Below are positions 1 to 11,460 of a stretch of 64,000 nucleotides of DNA, in pieces. The stretch spans positions 7,504,001 through 7,568,000 of the forward strand of contig CM075995.1 in assembly GCA_038087875.1 (NCBI GenBank), written 5' to 3'. The notes under the pieces were generated by a model. It was not told where the DNA came from, did no database searches, and worked only from the letters and a program-made list of their open reading frames with translations. Every line of letters starts with the position of its first letter. The stretch's first letter is position 1. The DNA is from Malacoraja senta. Its lineage: Eukaryota. Both the position numbers and the translations under genes were made by a program.

Positions 1-275
1 TATCAATAACCCGTGCCTGCCTTCTCCCCATATCCCTTGACTCCACCAGCCCCTAGAGCTCTATCTAACTCTCTCTTAAATCCATCCAGTGACTGGGCCT
101 CCACTGCCCTCTGTGGCAGGGAATTCCATAAATTCACAACTCTCTGGTTGAAAAAGTTTTTTCTCACCTCAGTCTTAAATGACCTCCCCTTTATTCTAAG
201 ACTGTGGCCCCTGGTTCTGGACTCGTCCAACATTGGGAACATTTTTCCTGCATCTAGCTTCTCCAGTCCATTCCT
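1..275 (-). mobile_element. CR1/HER1-like LINE 3' fragment
   Basis: Encodes the CR1 ORF2 C-terminus RTRGHSLRI...FFNQRVVNLWNSLP...FKRELD. Confidence 0.85.
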
Positions 276-888
276 ATAAAATCTTTTCCCCTTCACCTTA
301 AACCTATGTCTGCTGGTCCTCGATTCCCCTACTCTGGGCAGGAGACTCTGTGCAACTATTCAATCTATTCCTCGCACTATGTTATTCACCTTTATTTACC
401 TTGCACTAACCATGATTCCCTTATCATGTATCTGTACACTGTAAATGGCTTGATTGGTTAGCGACCGACTTCAGGAAGGCTCTGCAGAGGGTAGTGAGGG
501 GAGCAGAGAAGATCATTGGCGTCTCCCTACCCTCGGTACAAGAACTGTTCCAGAGCCGCTGTCTGAAAAAAGCTCAGAGAATTGCTAAGGACAACTGCAC
601 CCCCTCCACATACACCTGGATCTCCTGCCATCAGGCAAGAGATATCGCAGCATCAAAGCCCGGACTACAAGACTGCAAAACAGCTTCCTGCCATAAGCTG
701 TGAGGCTGCTAAACAGCCACTCTGTACTCACAGTCACCTGATTCTGCGGCTTGGCACGGACACTTCAATAACCGGCACTGGCCACTTCAATAACTGGCAC
801 TGGCCACTCAAATCAGCCACCCCGGAAATGTTTATGATTGGTTTTACTGTATTTTAACGTTGTTTTTATCTATTTTAACTTTATACTG

Positions 889-1081
889 GACTTCCGGTGG
901 CGTCATGTTAGACTAACAGACGTGCACCCAGCTCCTCTCCCGAAAAACTTCACGATTTATCGTGTAAAACGGGTCCGAAAATCGGGATTGTTTTTAAAAA
1001 CCTTACCGGAGCTTCTGGTTACCGCGCTGATGACGTCATCGTTAAACGCGATGTTTTAAACGGTGGTTTGAAGCCCTTTAA
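889..1081 (+). promoter_or_regulatory. L1 5'UTR / internal Pol II promoter
   Basis: CpG-rich relative to the AT-rich L1 body. ETS-like ACTTCCGG at 890-897 and a full CRE palindrome TGACGTCA at 1031-1038. Confidence 0.6.
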
Positions 1082-2152
1082 ATGAGTAAATTGACTCCAG
1101 CTGTGAGCCCTCAGAGAGCTGTGAATAAACTGTCGAAACAGTTCGAAACTGAAGTTACCTCTGAAGTCTCTGAAGTGGCTGCAGAAATGGATACAAGATC
1201 TAAGAAAGACTTTGATGACTTGAAAAAATCAATGAAAAATTTGAAAGATGAGATCTCGGATAATAGGGTGGAAGATAAGAAGGAAATGAAGGAAAATTCG
1301 GCAAAAATGATGGAAGGAATGCAGAAGATGATGAAGGATTTAAATGCTGGTAACCAGAAGAATATGACAGATTTACTGGACACTATGAATAAACGAATTG
1401 ATGAGGTGAAAGATGGACTATCAGAGAAAATGGATAAGATGGATGTAATTACTACGGATAAGTTCACGGCTGTACTTGAAACAGTAGCTGCAAGTATGCA
1501 GACAATCACGGAATTGGAGAAAAATACGGCACGACTGGTTGAAGACATGGCGAAATTGAGGCAAGAACATGAGCAAATGAGGCGAGAAAACGAACAAGCA
1601 TCACTACAAATGGGGACTCAATTAGAGAAAGTCTCATTCAAATGCCTGGACCTGGAAGCTCGTTCTAGACGCCAGAATCTGAGGATTCTTGGTGTTTCAG
1701 AGGGGGCAGAAGGGGAACAGGTACGTGAATTTGCCATGGGCTTGTTGAAACAACTGTTGAATCTTCCCAAGGAACCGAAAATCGAAGTGGCTCATCGTGT
1801 CCCAAGATTTGGAAAAAGATTTGATGCGGGAAAAGCTTATCCACGACATATTATAGTGAAATTTCGAGACACTGCAGAACTGGAATATGTTATGACCCAT
1901 ATCAAATATGGTGTACAATTACGGCTGGACAAAGACACTATTAAGATATTCAGGGACTACCCACATGAAATTGTGCAAAAAAGAAACAAATTTGATAAGG
2001 TTAAAGATCTTTTAAGAGGGAGAGAAGGGGTCAGATTCGGGGTTTTTTATCCCGCTAAAATGCGTATTTCTTTTAATGGTCTTGAAAAGTCATTTGTTAA
2101 GCCTGAAGACACTTTCAAATATGCCCAAACGATTGTTGAAAGACAGAAATAA
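1082..2152 (+). CDS. L1 ORF1p (coiled-coil, RRM, CTD RNA-binding protein), 356 aa
   Basis: N-terminal heptad-rich region followed by L1 ORF1 motifs DLEARSRRQNLRILGVSEG, IEVAHRV, PRHIIVKF, IFRDY and FYPAKMRI. Confidence 0.95.
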   Translation: MSKLTPAVSPQRAVNKLSKQFETEVTSEVSEVAAEMDTRSKKDFDDLKKSMKNLKDEISDNRVEDKKEMKENSAKMMEGMQKMMKDLNAGNQKNMTDLLDTMNKRIDEVKDGLSEKMDKMDVITTDKFTAVLETVAASMQTITELEKNTARLVEDMAKLRQEHEQMRRENEQASLQMGTQLEKVSFKCLDLEARSRRQNLRILGVSEGAEGEQVREFAMGLLKQLLNLPKEPKIEVAHRVPRFGKRFDAGKAYPRHIIVKFRDTAELEYVMTHIKYGVQLRLDKDTIKIFRDYPHEIVQKRNKFDKVKDLLRGREGVRFGVFYPAKMRISFNGLEKSFVKPEDTFKYAQTIVERQK

Positions 2153-2957
2153 AAGGGAGCTTTGGCAGATCCGAATAATTCTCAGCTATGTTTTGTCTGG
2201 GGATAGTTACACTGTTATCTCCGGAATGTTGAAGCAAGGACATTTTCTGTTCAAAACGTGTAAACAACTTTATAACGGGATATGAATTAGAAAATAATTG
2301 CTTATTGATTAAAATGTTATAACCAATTGTAAGAACTTATCCTATTAACAACTTTAAAAGTTATGCAGGTTAGATTAGAATACTAACAAAAAAAACAAAA
2401 AAATAATGAACTAACATACTAATATGAATTTTTAATAAATTGTAACCTTGTCTATAAGCAGGAGGAGGGGATGAGAAACGAGCTCCTGGCTTATGTCCAG
2501 GAGCACGTCTCGTTAACCCCTTCAACCAACAGCTGATTCTTATTGAAATCAAAAATATTGGTTTAATAATTAAACTCTGATATATATATATGTTATAAGG
2601 AAATATCAGGGTAAAATTGTATTATATATATGAATGTGAGGCCTCGTTTTAATATTTTAATATGTTATGATTAACTAAGAGAGCGGAGCGAGTTGAGCAA
2701 CAACGCAATGGAAGTCAAAATAAGGTTTTTTCCCACCTACAGGTGGGTCACTCGCTACAGTGCCGACTATAGACACTGTAGCCTCACTTTTTTAGTTTTT
2801 TTTTTATTACATAAAATCACTTATTTGTGTTTTGTGTTTAGTGATAAGAATAATATGGACATACCAACAAAAGTTAATAATTCAAAAACTCCCCCAATAC
2901 CTAAAGACCTGGGATATGGACGCACCACAAGATTCAAAGGTAATATAATTATTCAAA

Positions 2958-5900
2958 ATGCATGACACCACACAAAAGAACCTAGGAGGAATCTCATTTT
3001 GTAGTTGGAATATAAGAGGCATTAATGAACCTATCAAAAGGGGTAAGATATTAGCTCAGCTAAAAATGTATAATTCTGACATTACCTTCCTACAAGAAAC
3101 ACACCTAAAACCTCAGGACCAAGTTAGGCTGAGGGCGAAATGGATAGGTCAAACATACCACTCTTCATTCACTTCAAAATCTAGAGGCACGTCAATTATC
3201 ATAAGAAAAGGTATACCATTTAAAGCAAAGAATATTATAACAGATATAGAAGGGAGATACCTAATAGTTAATGGAGAAATCCATGACACTCCACTTACTT
3301 TGGTAAATATATATGCCCCTAACTTTGATAACCCCCACTTTTTCAATAAAATCTTCAATATAATTGCAGAGTCAAACTATCAAAATGTTATAATAGGCGG
3401 AGACTTTAACTGTGTTTTAGATCCGTACTTAGATAAATCAAGTCAAAAACAGAGAGGGAATATGAAATCGAAAACTGGGGAACTCCTCAATACCTACATA
3501 AATAACACTAATATAGCAGATGTTTGGAGAATTGTGAATCCAACTGGCAGGGAATATTCGTTTTACTCAATGGTACATAAGACATACTCACGTATAGACT
3601 ACTTTCTGCTGGATACAAAATTAATCCCCCAAACATCTAATGCAATATATCATACAAATTCAATTTCAGACCATTCTCCACTAACTTTCTTTTTAAAACT
3701 GGAAGGATTGTCTAAGAATAATTCATTCTGGAGATTTAACTCTCAAATTTTAAAAGATCCACAAGCGAGTATATATTTAAAAGAACAAATGGAGGTCTTT
3801 TTTCAAACAAATGATACTTCAGATATATCGCCTACTTTACTTTGGGAATCTTTTAAAGCATACATTAGGGGTATTATAATTTCATATCAAGCTTTTCAAA
3901 ATAAAAAGAATAAGAATGAACAAAGACAGTTAGAAGAACTTATTAGACAAATGGATATAGATAATGCTAAAGATCCATCAATAGATAAACATAATAAAAT
4001 AATAATTTTAAAATTTAAATTAAATAAATTATTATCTGCCAAACTTATAAGACTTTTTCAAATTACAAAACAAGAGCACTTTGAATTTGGGGATAAACCG
4101 CATAAACTTTTGGCTCGCCAGCTAAAAAAACGAGAAAAGGAACATACTATACCAAAGATCAAATCAGATAAAGGGGAATTATTAACAACACCGAAGGATA
4201 TTAATAAAAGATTTGCGCAATTTTACGAGAATTTGTATACATCTAAAACGATAATTGATTCCAATAATATCACAAAGTTCTTGGATACCTGTAATCTTCC
4301 AAAGTTAGAGCTGAAGGAACAAGAGGAACTGGGTGCACAAATCTCAATTAAGGAATTAGAAGATACAATAAACTCACTAAAAAATGGAAAAACACCAGGC
4401 CCTGATGGATTTACTAATGAATTTTATAAAAACTTTTATGATAAAATAATACCAAGATTACAAAAAATGTACCAATACGCTTTTAAAAAACGAATACTAC
4501 CTGATACATTAGCGGAATCAACGATTACATTAATACCTAAGAAAAATAAAGATTTAGAAGAACCTGGCTCATATAGAGCTATAGCATTGTTAAACACAGA
4601 TCAAAAAATATTAGCGAAAACATTAGCCAGAAGATTAAGTAAATACATTAGTAAATTAATAAACCCAGATCAGACAGGGTTTATCCCTAAGAGATACTCA
4701 TCTAACAATATGAGACGTCTACTCAACATAATGTACTCACACAAATCTGAAGATCAAGAATTATCAATTATTTCGCTGGATGCTGAAAAAGCATTTGATC
4801 AAGTAGAATGGAATTATATGGATAAAGTATTACAAAAATTTCAACTGGGAGAGAATTTTATTTTATGGATTAAGTTACTATATAACAAACCTACAGCTAG
4901 AATACTTACTAATAACATATTATCCTCGAAATTTCAACTATCAAGGGGAAATAGACAAGGATGCTCATTATCACCACAGCTGTTTGCTCTCATTATTGAA
5001 CCGCTAGCAGAAAAAATTAGAATACACCCTGATATTCATCGATATAATACTAAAGACTCATATAATAAAATATCTTTATACGCGGATGATATATTATTGT
5101 ATATCACAAAACCTCAAATCACTATACCAAATATATTAAATTTAATTGAAGACTTCGGATCTTTTTCTGGATATAGAATAAATTGGAATAAAAGTGAAAT
5201 TATGTCAATAAAACCGAAAGATTCAACACATCTTTTAAAATTCCCTTTTAAAATAGCTACAGAAAAATTTAAATACTTGGGAATCGAAATTACCAGAACA
5301 TATCAAGGTATGTTCAGGGCAAATTTTGACCCCCTACTTAATAAACTGAATACATTAATTAAATTCTGGAAAACGCTTCCGATGTCTTTAATAGGCCGAA
5401 TAAACGCAATAAAAATGATCTTTTTACCACAAATTTTATACCTATTTCAATCAATTCCTATATACTTACCTAAGAAGTTTTTTAAAAAACTCGACTCAGA
5501 TATCACTAATTTTATATGGGACTATAAATCACATAGAATACAAAAAACCCATCTGAATAAATCTAAAGTATTGGGGGGTCTAGCACTACCCAATTTTATG
5601 TATTATTATTGGTCAGTAAATATTAAAAACATGATTCAACTGATGGATAACTCCGCCCAGCAAGTAGACTGGATTGTAATGGAGAAAGAGGATTGCTCCT
5701 CTAGAAACATTGGAGCGATCCTCCTCTCTCCAATGAAATTGAATAACATAAACTATAATAAGAACCCAATTATTCATAGTACAATCCGTATTTGGAAACA
5801 AATAAAACAAAATTTAAAATTAAGAAACTTATCACTTTTATTACCTATAGTCAATAACCCTTCGTTTAGTCCTTCTATTATAGATAAAGCTTATACACAA

Positions 5901-6749
5901 TGGGATAGACTAGGAATTAAAACGCTTGGTGACTTGTATGAAACTGGAAAATTACTTTCATTTCAACAATTACAAATAAAATATAAACTCGGAAATAATC
6001 AATATTTTAAATACTTTCAAATATGCGACTATTTGAAAAAATATATAAAAGATCATTATAATAACCCAGCAGATGTACTGGACGAGGCAATGCAGACAAA
6101 AGCGGAATCAGCAAACTTAATATCATATTTGTACAATATTATCTTAAATGTACAAATACCATCTACGGAGGGTATCAGAAGAGACTGGGAACAAGAGTTA
6201 GCTATTAAAATTTCAAAGGAAAGTTGGAATGAATACTTATTAAAAGTACATAAATGCTCGATTAATGTAAGACACACTTTAATACAATTTAAAATTTTAC
6301 ATAGATTATATTATTCGAAAACTAAAATTCATAAAATTTTCCCAAACGTATCATCTATTTGTGATAAATGTCAATCCCAAGAAGCAACTATAGCGCACTC
6401 ATTTGTCTTCTGTACAAAAATTCAAAAATTTTGGAATGAAATTTTTGAAATCTTTACAAAGTTATTTAAAACAAGACTGATACCCAAAGCAGAATGGATT
6501 ATCTTCGGAATAACGGAAGATGATCCAGAACTAAATGTGTTTCAAAAGAAATTAATGGATTATGGGTTAATAACTGGAAAAAAGCTAATTCTAAAATTTT
6601 GGAAGAAGGCTCCAATACCAACTATAAATATGTGGATTTCAAATATGTTTGAAACATTACACCTTGAAGAGATAAGACTCCTCCTAGCAGGTAAACCAGA
6701 TCACTTCCACCTGACGTGGTCTGCATTTATAGAATTATTACAAACATAG
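2958..6749 (+). CDS. L1 ORF2p (APE endonuclease, reverse transcriptase, C-terminal CCHC region), 1263 aa
   Basis: APE motifs SWNIRG, FLQETH, GGDFN, SRIDY and SDH. RT motifs PGPDGF, SLDAEKAFD, RQGC, LYADD and KYLG. Cys motif CDKC-X8-H-X4-C. ORF is uninterrupted. Confidence 0.97.
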   Translation: MHDTTQKNLGGISFCSWNIRGINEPIKRGKILAQLKMYNSDITFLQETHLKPQDQVRLRAKWIGQTYHSSFTSKSRGTSIIIRKGIPFKAKNIITDIEGRYLIVNGEIHDTPLTLVNIYAPNFDNPHFFNKIFNIIAESNYQNVIIGGDFNCVLDPYLDKSSQKQRGNMKSKTGELLNTYINNTNIADVWRIVNPTGREYSFYSMVHKTYSRIDYFLLDTKLIPQTSNAIYHTNSISDHSPLTFFLKLEGLSKNNSFWRFNSQILKDPQASIYLKEQMEVFFQTNDTSDISPTLLWESFKAYIRGIIISYQAFQNKKNKNEQRQLEELIRQMDIDNAKDPSIDKHNKIIILKFKLNKLLSAKLIRLFQITKQEHFEFGDKPHKLLARQLKKREKEHTIPKIKSDKGELLTTPKDINKRFAQFYENLYTSKTIIDSNNITKFLDTCNLPKLELKEQEELGAQISIKELEDTINSLKNGKTPGPDGFTNEFYKNFYDKIIPRLQKMYQYAFKKRILPDTLAESTITLIPKKNKDLEEPGSYRAIALLNTDQKILAKTLARRLSKYISKLINPDQTGFIPKRYSSNNMRRLLNIMYSHKSEDQELSIISLDAEKAFDQVEWNYMDKVLQKFQLGENFILWIKLLYNKPTARILTNNILSSKFQLSRGNRQGCSLSPQLFALIIEPLAEKIRIHPDIHRYNTKDSYNKISLYADDILLYITKPQITIPNILNLIEDFGSFSGYRINWNKSEIMSIKPKDSTHLLKFPFKIATEKFKYLGIEITRTYQGMFRANFDPLLNKLNTLIKFWKTLPMSLIGRINAIKMIFLPQILYLFQSIPIYLPKKFFKKLDSDITNFIWDYKSHRIQKTHLNKSKVLGGLALPNFMYYYWSVNIKNMIQLMDNSAQQVDWIVMEKEDCSSRNIGAILLSPMKLNNINYNKNPIIHSTIRIWKQIKQNLKLRNLSLLLPIVNNPSFSPSIIDKAYTQWDRLGIKTLGDLYETGKLLSFQQLQIKYKLGNNQYFKYFQICDYLKKYIKDHYNNPADVLDEAMQTKAESANLISYLYNIILNVQIPSTEGIRRDWEQELAIKISKESWNEYLLKVHKCSINVRHTLIQFKILHRLYYSKTKIHKIFPNVSSICDKCQSQEATIAHSFVFCTKIQKFWNEIFEIFTKLFKTRLIPKAEWIIFGITEDDPELNVFQKKLMDYGLITGKKLILKFWKKAPIPTINMWISNMFETLHLEEIRLLLAGKPDHFHLTWSAFIELLQT

Positions 6750-7176
6750 GGTGCAAAAGTACTTTAAAAAAATAAAAAATTGAGGTCGGGTAAGGGGGGA
6801 TGATAGTTGAAGAGTTGGTATGTCCTATTTACGTGATGCTCAAAAAAAAACATTTGTTTTTCTTTTTTTCTCTCTCTCTTTTCTTTTCTTAGGGCCTTTG
6901 AAATTTTAATAGCTAACTCTTGTTCCCAGTCTCTTCTTAACTCTTTTTCTTTTTGTTTTTAATTTCGCTCTCATAGGGTCCTCGTCCTTTTTTTTTGTTG
7001 TTACATTTTCTACACTTTTCTACACTTGCACTTTTTCCTTCACTTTCTTCTCTCTTTCAATCTTTTCTTTCTTTAGTGTAAAAAAAATAAATAAAGGGAG
7101 TACATTAATTGTAAGAAGATATAAATGACGAGTATTAATGTATGTGGCTGTGATGTAATGTACTTCTAATAAATAA

Positions 7177-7233
<57 letters not shown>

Positions 7234-8469
7234 TTATACTGTTCCATCAGGGACTGGATTGTTTTTTGTGTTATTATGTGTGAAATGTTTTAAACATCAT
7301 GTGCGATGCTCCGGTATTCCCTGGGAAACGTCTTTTCATTTTGCACTGTACGACTGTTGCTTGCAAGATGACAATAAAGGTTGATTGGTTGATTGAACTC
7401 CAAGCCGCAGGAGTTTCGACGGTCCCGATGCGGGAGCTTAGACCACCCCGATTGCCGGCTGCGGATGGTCCGACTTCCCCGACCGCGGGAGGAAAGGACG
7501 AAAGAAGATAAGACTTTATTACCTTCCATCACAGTGGGGAATGTGGGGGAGCCTCGGTGGTGGAAGTTTATATTAACGCTTAAGTAGTTGTGTGTCTTGT
7601 TGCTTTTTGTTGGTATGACTGTGTGCCAAACCAAATTCCTCGTATGTTGCAAAACGTACTTGTCTAAATAAATTATGATTATGATTATTAGGATTAGGAT
7701 TGTAATCATAGAGGTTCTCTACCTTTCACACAGAGAGTGGTGAGTCTGTGGAATTCTCTGCATCAGAGGGCGGTGGAGGCAGGTTCTCTGGATACTTTCA
7801 AGAGAGAGCTCGATCGGGCTCTTGAAGATAGCGGAGTCAGGGGACATGGGGAGAAGGCAGGAACGGGGTACTGATTGGGGATGATCAGCCATGATCAGAT
7901 TGAATGGTGGTGCTGGCTAGAAGGGCTGAATGGCCTACTCCTGCACCTAATGTCTATTGAATGAATGAATGAATGAATGAATGAATGAATGAATGAATGA
8001 ACAAGTTTATTGGCCAAGTATTCACATACAAGGAATTTGCCTTGGTGCTCCGCCCACAAGTAACAACATGACACACAGTGACAGTTAAGAATGATACATA
8101 AAACATTAAACATTAATACTAAAACATTATTGATTAAACATGTGAACTAAATATAATACCAAAGCAAAAGGAGGCTACAGACTTTTGGTTATTCAGTAGA
8201 GCTATTACTCGTGGAAAAAGCTGTTTTTATGTCTGGCTGTGGCAGCTTTGACAGTCCGGAGTCGCCTTCCAGAGGGAAGTGATTCAAAGAGTTTGTGGCC
8301 AGGGTGAGAGGGGTCAGAGATGATCTTACCCGTTCGCTTCCTGGCCTTTGCAGTGTATTGTCTATTGTCTAATCATGTATTGTCTTTCCGCTGACTGGTT
8401 AGCACGCAACAAAAGCTTTTCGCTGTACCTCGGTACACGTGACAATAAACTAAACTCATCTTCATCGGC

Positions 8470-9020
8470 GGTCCCCTAATTTGAGGAAGGACATTCGTGC
8501 TATTGAGGGAGTGCAGCGTAGGTTTACAAGGTTGATTCCCGGGATGGCGGGACTGTCATATGCTGAGAGAATGGAGCAGCTGGGCTTGTACACTCTGGAG
8601 TTTAGAAGGATGAGAGTGGATCTCATTGAAACATATAAGATTGTTAAGGGCTTGGACACGCTAGAGGCAGGAAACATGTTCCCGATGTTGGGGGGAGTCC
8701 AGAACCAGGGGCCACACACACACACAGTTTAAGAATAAGGAGTAAGCCATTTGGAAAAGAGACGAGGAAACATTTTTTCTCACAGAGAGTTGTGAGTCTG
8801 TGGAATTCTCTGCCTCAGAGGGCGGTGGAGGCAGGTTCTCTGGATGCTTTCAAGAGAGAGCTAGATAGGGCTCTTAAAGATAGCGGAGTCAGGGGATATC
8901 GGGAGAAGGCAGGAACGGGGTACTGATTGGGGATGATCAGCCATGATCACATTGAATGGCGGTGCTGGCTCGAAGGGGCGAATGGCCTACTCCTGCACCT
9001 ATTGTCTATTGTCTATTGTC
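8470..9020 (+). mobile_element. CR1/HER1-like 5'-truncated copy with (CTATTGT)n tail
   Basis: IEGVQRRFTRLIPGM...LGLYTLEFRR, a terminal GCGAATGGC stem-loop region and a microsatellite tail. Confidence 0.85.
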
Positions 9021-9415
9021 ACTTGAATCGAGTGTGACTGTCCTCCCCTGAGGACGCCCGTGCGTGACTTTGTTTAACGTGGGGAGACTGGTGCACAGAC
9101 AGCCACCCCACGGTCCTTGGCAGATCTGGGTCAGGATCCAGTGGCATGGAGTCCAAGACGACCGGAGACCCTTTTCTGCTGCAGCCTTCATCCGCCTTCC
9201 CAGCCGTTGTGACGCTCCACTAAGGTCAGCCATCATCCTCCACCTGTTCCACCGTTGAGGTCTTGGTTGGATTGCTCTTTGTCAGAGACCTCCCCCTCGA
9301 CCTTACCGCCATGGGTGGCCCTACCAGGAGCATAGCTCCAGACGGCATCGCTCTCAGGATCTCAGGTCCACACGAGCTTCTCCACCACGACAAGGTGACA
9401 GTCCACGGAGAAGGA
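9021..9415 (-). mobile_element. Short non-autonomous RTE-derived element
   Basis: Minus strand starts with an RTE/BovB-type 5'UTR (ACTGTCACCTTGTCGTGGT...AGGGCCACCCATGG...TCTGACAAA). No RT coding, about 395 bp. Confidence 0.6.
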
Positions 9416-10159
9416 AAAACAAAGGACAAGGACAAGGGACAAAGGACATTTATTGCCACGTACACCAATTGGTGTAGTGACATTTGAGTTGCCAAAACTA
9501 AACTAAACTGAACTAATGGATAAAAGCATTTGGATAAAGGAGAATGAGGGGCGATCTTACAGAGGTGTATAAAATCACGAGAGGAATAGATCGGGTAGAT
9601 GCACAGAGTCTCTTGCCCAGAGTAGGGGAATCGAGGACCAGAGGGCCTAGGTTTAAAGTGAGATGGGAAAAATGTCATAGTAACTTTGATTTAATAGTAA
9701 CTTTTTCACACAGAGGGTGGTTGGTGTATGGAACGAGCTGCCAGAGGAGGTAGTTGAGGCTGGGACTATCGCAATGTTAAGAGGTTAGACAGGAACATGT
9801 GTAGGGCAGGTTTAGAGGGATATGGGTCAAACGCAGGTGGATGGGACATGTTGGTCGGTGTGGGCAGGTTGGGCCGAAGGGCCTGTTTCCATGATGTATG
9901 ACTCGATCCTCGATCTTCCTATACATGGTCCATATCCCTCTAGTCCCTGCACTTCCAGGTGCCTATCTGAAAACCTCTTGAACGCCACTGTCTTATCTGC
10001 CTCCACCACCACCCCTGGCAGCGAGTTCCAGGCACCCACCACCCTCTGCGTTAAAACAAAAGTTATGAATTATGATAACTTATGTATGATTCTTCTTCTC
10101 TGCACTCTTTCCAGCTGAACCACGTCCTCCTAATAGCAGGGCGGCCAAAACTGAACACA

Positions 10160-10697
10160 ATTTGAGGAAGGACATCCTTGTGATTGAGGCAGTGCAACGT
10201 AGGTTCACGAGATTGATCCCTGGGATGGCGGGACCGTCATATGAGGAAAGATTGAAAAGACTAGGCTTGTATTCACTGGAGTTTAGAAGGATGAGGGGGG
10301 ATCTTATAGAAACATATAACATTATAAAAGGACTGGACAAGCTAGATGCAGGAAAAATGTTCCCAATGTTGGGCGAGTCCACAACCAGGGGCCACAGTCT
10401 TAGAATAAAGGGGAGGTCATTTAAGACTGAGGTGAGAAAAAACTTTTACACCCAGAGAGTTGTGAATTTATGGAATTCCCTGCCACAGAGGGCAGTGGAG
10501 GCCAAGTCACTGGATGGATTTAAGAGAGAGTTAGATAGAGCTCTAGGGGCTAGTGGTGTCAAGGGATATGGGGAGAAGGCAGGCACGGGTTATTGATTGG
10601 GGATGATCAGCCGTGATCACAATGAATGGCGGTGCTGGCTCGAAGGGCCGAATGGCCTCCTCCTGCACCTATTTTCTATGTTTCTATGTTTCTATGT
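10160..10697 (+). mobile_element. CR1/HER1-like 3' copy with (TTTCTATG)n tail; near-identical copy at about 12193-12603
   Basis: ORF 10162-10596 is the CR1 ORF2 C-terminus, followed by the conserved 3' tail. Confidence 0.9.
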
Positions 10698-10734
10698 AAC
10701 ACTGCAATGACAATACTAAACTAATAATAACCTT

Positions 10735-11460
10735 AAATAGACACACAAAGCTGGAGTAACTCAGCGGGACAGGCAGCGTCTCTGGAGAGAGGGAATGGGT
10801 GACGTTTTTGGGTCGAGACCCTTCTTCAGACTGAAAATAGTGGAGGGGGGGGTGGGGGGGGGGAGAGAGAATAAATTGGAATGCGAGGAATGGCCAGAAC
10901 ACATCAGGGCCGGCAACAGATGACCTCAGGAAGGGTGGAGCCCACGATGGCCCATTGTTGGCTGGGGAGAGGGAGACGAGAGATATGGAAGGGTAAGGTG
11001 TGAAAACAACAGATCAAAGCAGACGACGGTCAAGGAAATGTAGAAAGGTCCATCGTTAGCTGAGGGGAAGGTGACAACGAGGCATTTTACAATCAGTAAA
11101 ATTAAATCAGGAGGACAGTGAAACTAGTCAGAGAACAGGGAAGGGGGAGGGATGGAGAGAGGGAGAAAGCAAGGGTTACTTAAAGTTGGAGAAATCAATG
11201 TTCATACCGCTGGGGTGCAAGCTGCGCAAGCGAAATATGCGGTGCTGTTCCTCCAATTTGTGCTGGGCCTCACTCTGACAATGGAGGAGGCCCAGGACAG
11301 AAAGGCCATGATCACATGGAAGTGGAGGCCAAGTCACTGGATGGATTTAAGAGAGAGTTGGATAGAGCTCGAGGGGCTAGTGGAATCAAGGGATATGGGG
11401 AGAAGGCAGGTCAGTGTGGGAATGGGAGGGGGAGTTGAAGTGTTTGGCAACTGGGAGATC
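10735..11460 (-). mobile_element. Penelope-like element 3' fragment (GIY-YIG end plus pLTR) interrupted by a short CR1 piece
   Basis: Minus strand encodes VLGLLHCQSEAQHKLEEQHRIFRLRSLHPSGMNIDF. The pLTR with a CTGAAGA...GACCC core lies at about 10800-10835. Confidence 0.75.

Larger units (their letters stand above)
889..7231 (+). mobile_element. Full-length, recently inserted L1 (LINE-1) non-LTR retrotransposon
   Basis: CpG-rich 5'UTR starting GACTTCCGGTGG, then ORF1, spacer, ORF2, a pyrimidine-rich 3'UTR, AATAAA at 7168-7173 and 50 uninterrupted As at 7182-7231. Perfect TSD AACTTTATACTG at 877-888 and 7230-7241. Confidence 0.97.
466..7396 (+). mobile_element. Rex1/Babar-type LINE 3' fragment (about 466-888 plus 7242-7396) split by the L1 insertion
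   Basis: Translates to KALQRVVRGAEKIIGVSLPSVQELFQSRCLKKAQRI..LLPSGKRYRSIKARTTRLQNSF. Its 3'UTR resumes after the L1 TSD and ends TGACAATAAAGG(TTGA)n. Confidence 0.75.

Noticed and set aside
1111..1548. Antisense ORF in L1 ORF1 (ORF0-like)
   Set aside because: Explained by the codon bias of the coiled-coil region; no independent support.
9330..9415. HDV-like ribozyme at the RTE-type 5' end
   Set aside because: I could not build the nested double pseudoknot by eye; a descriptor search is needed.
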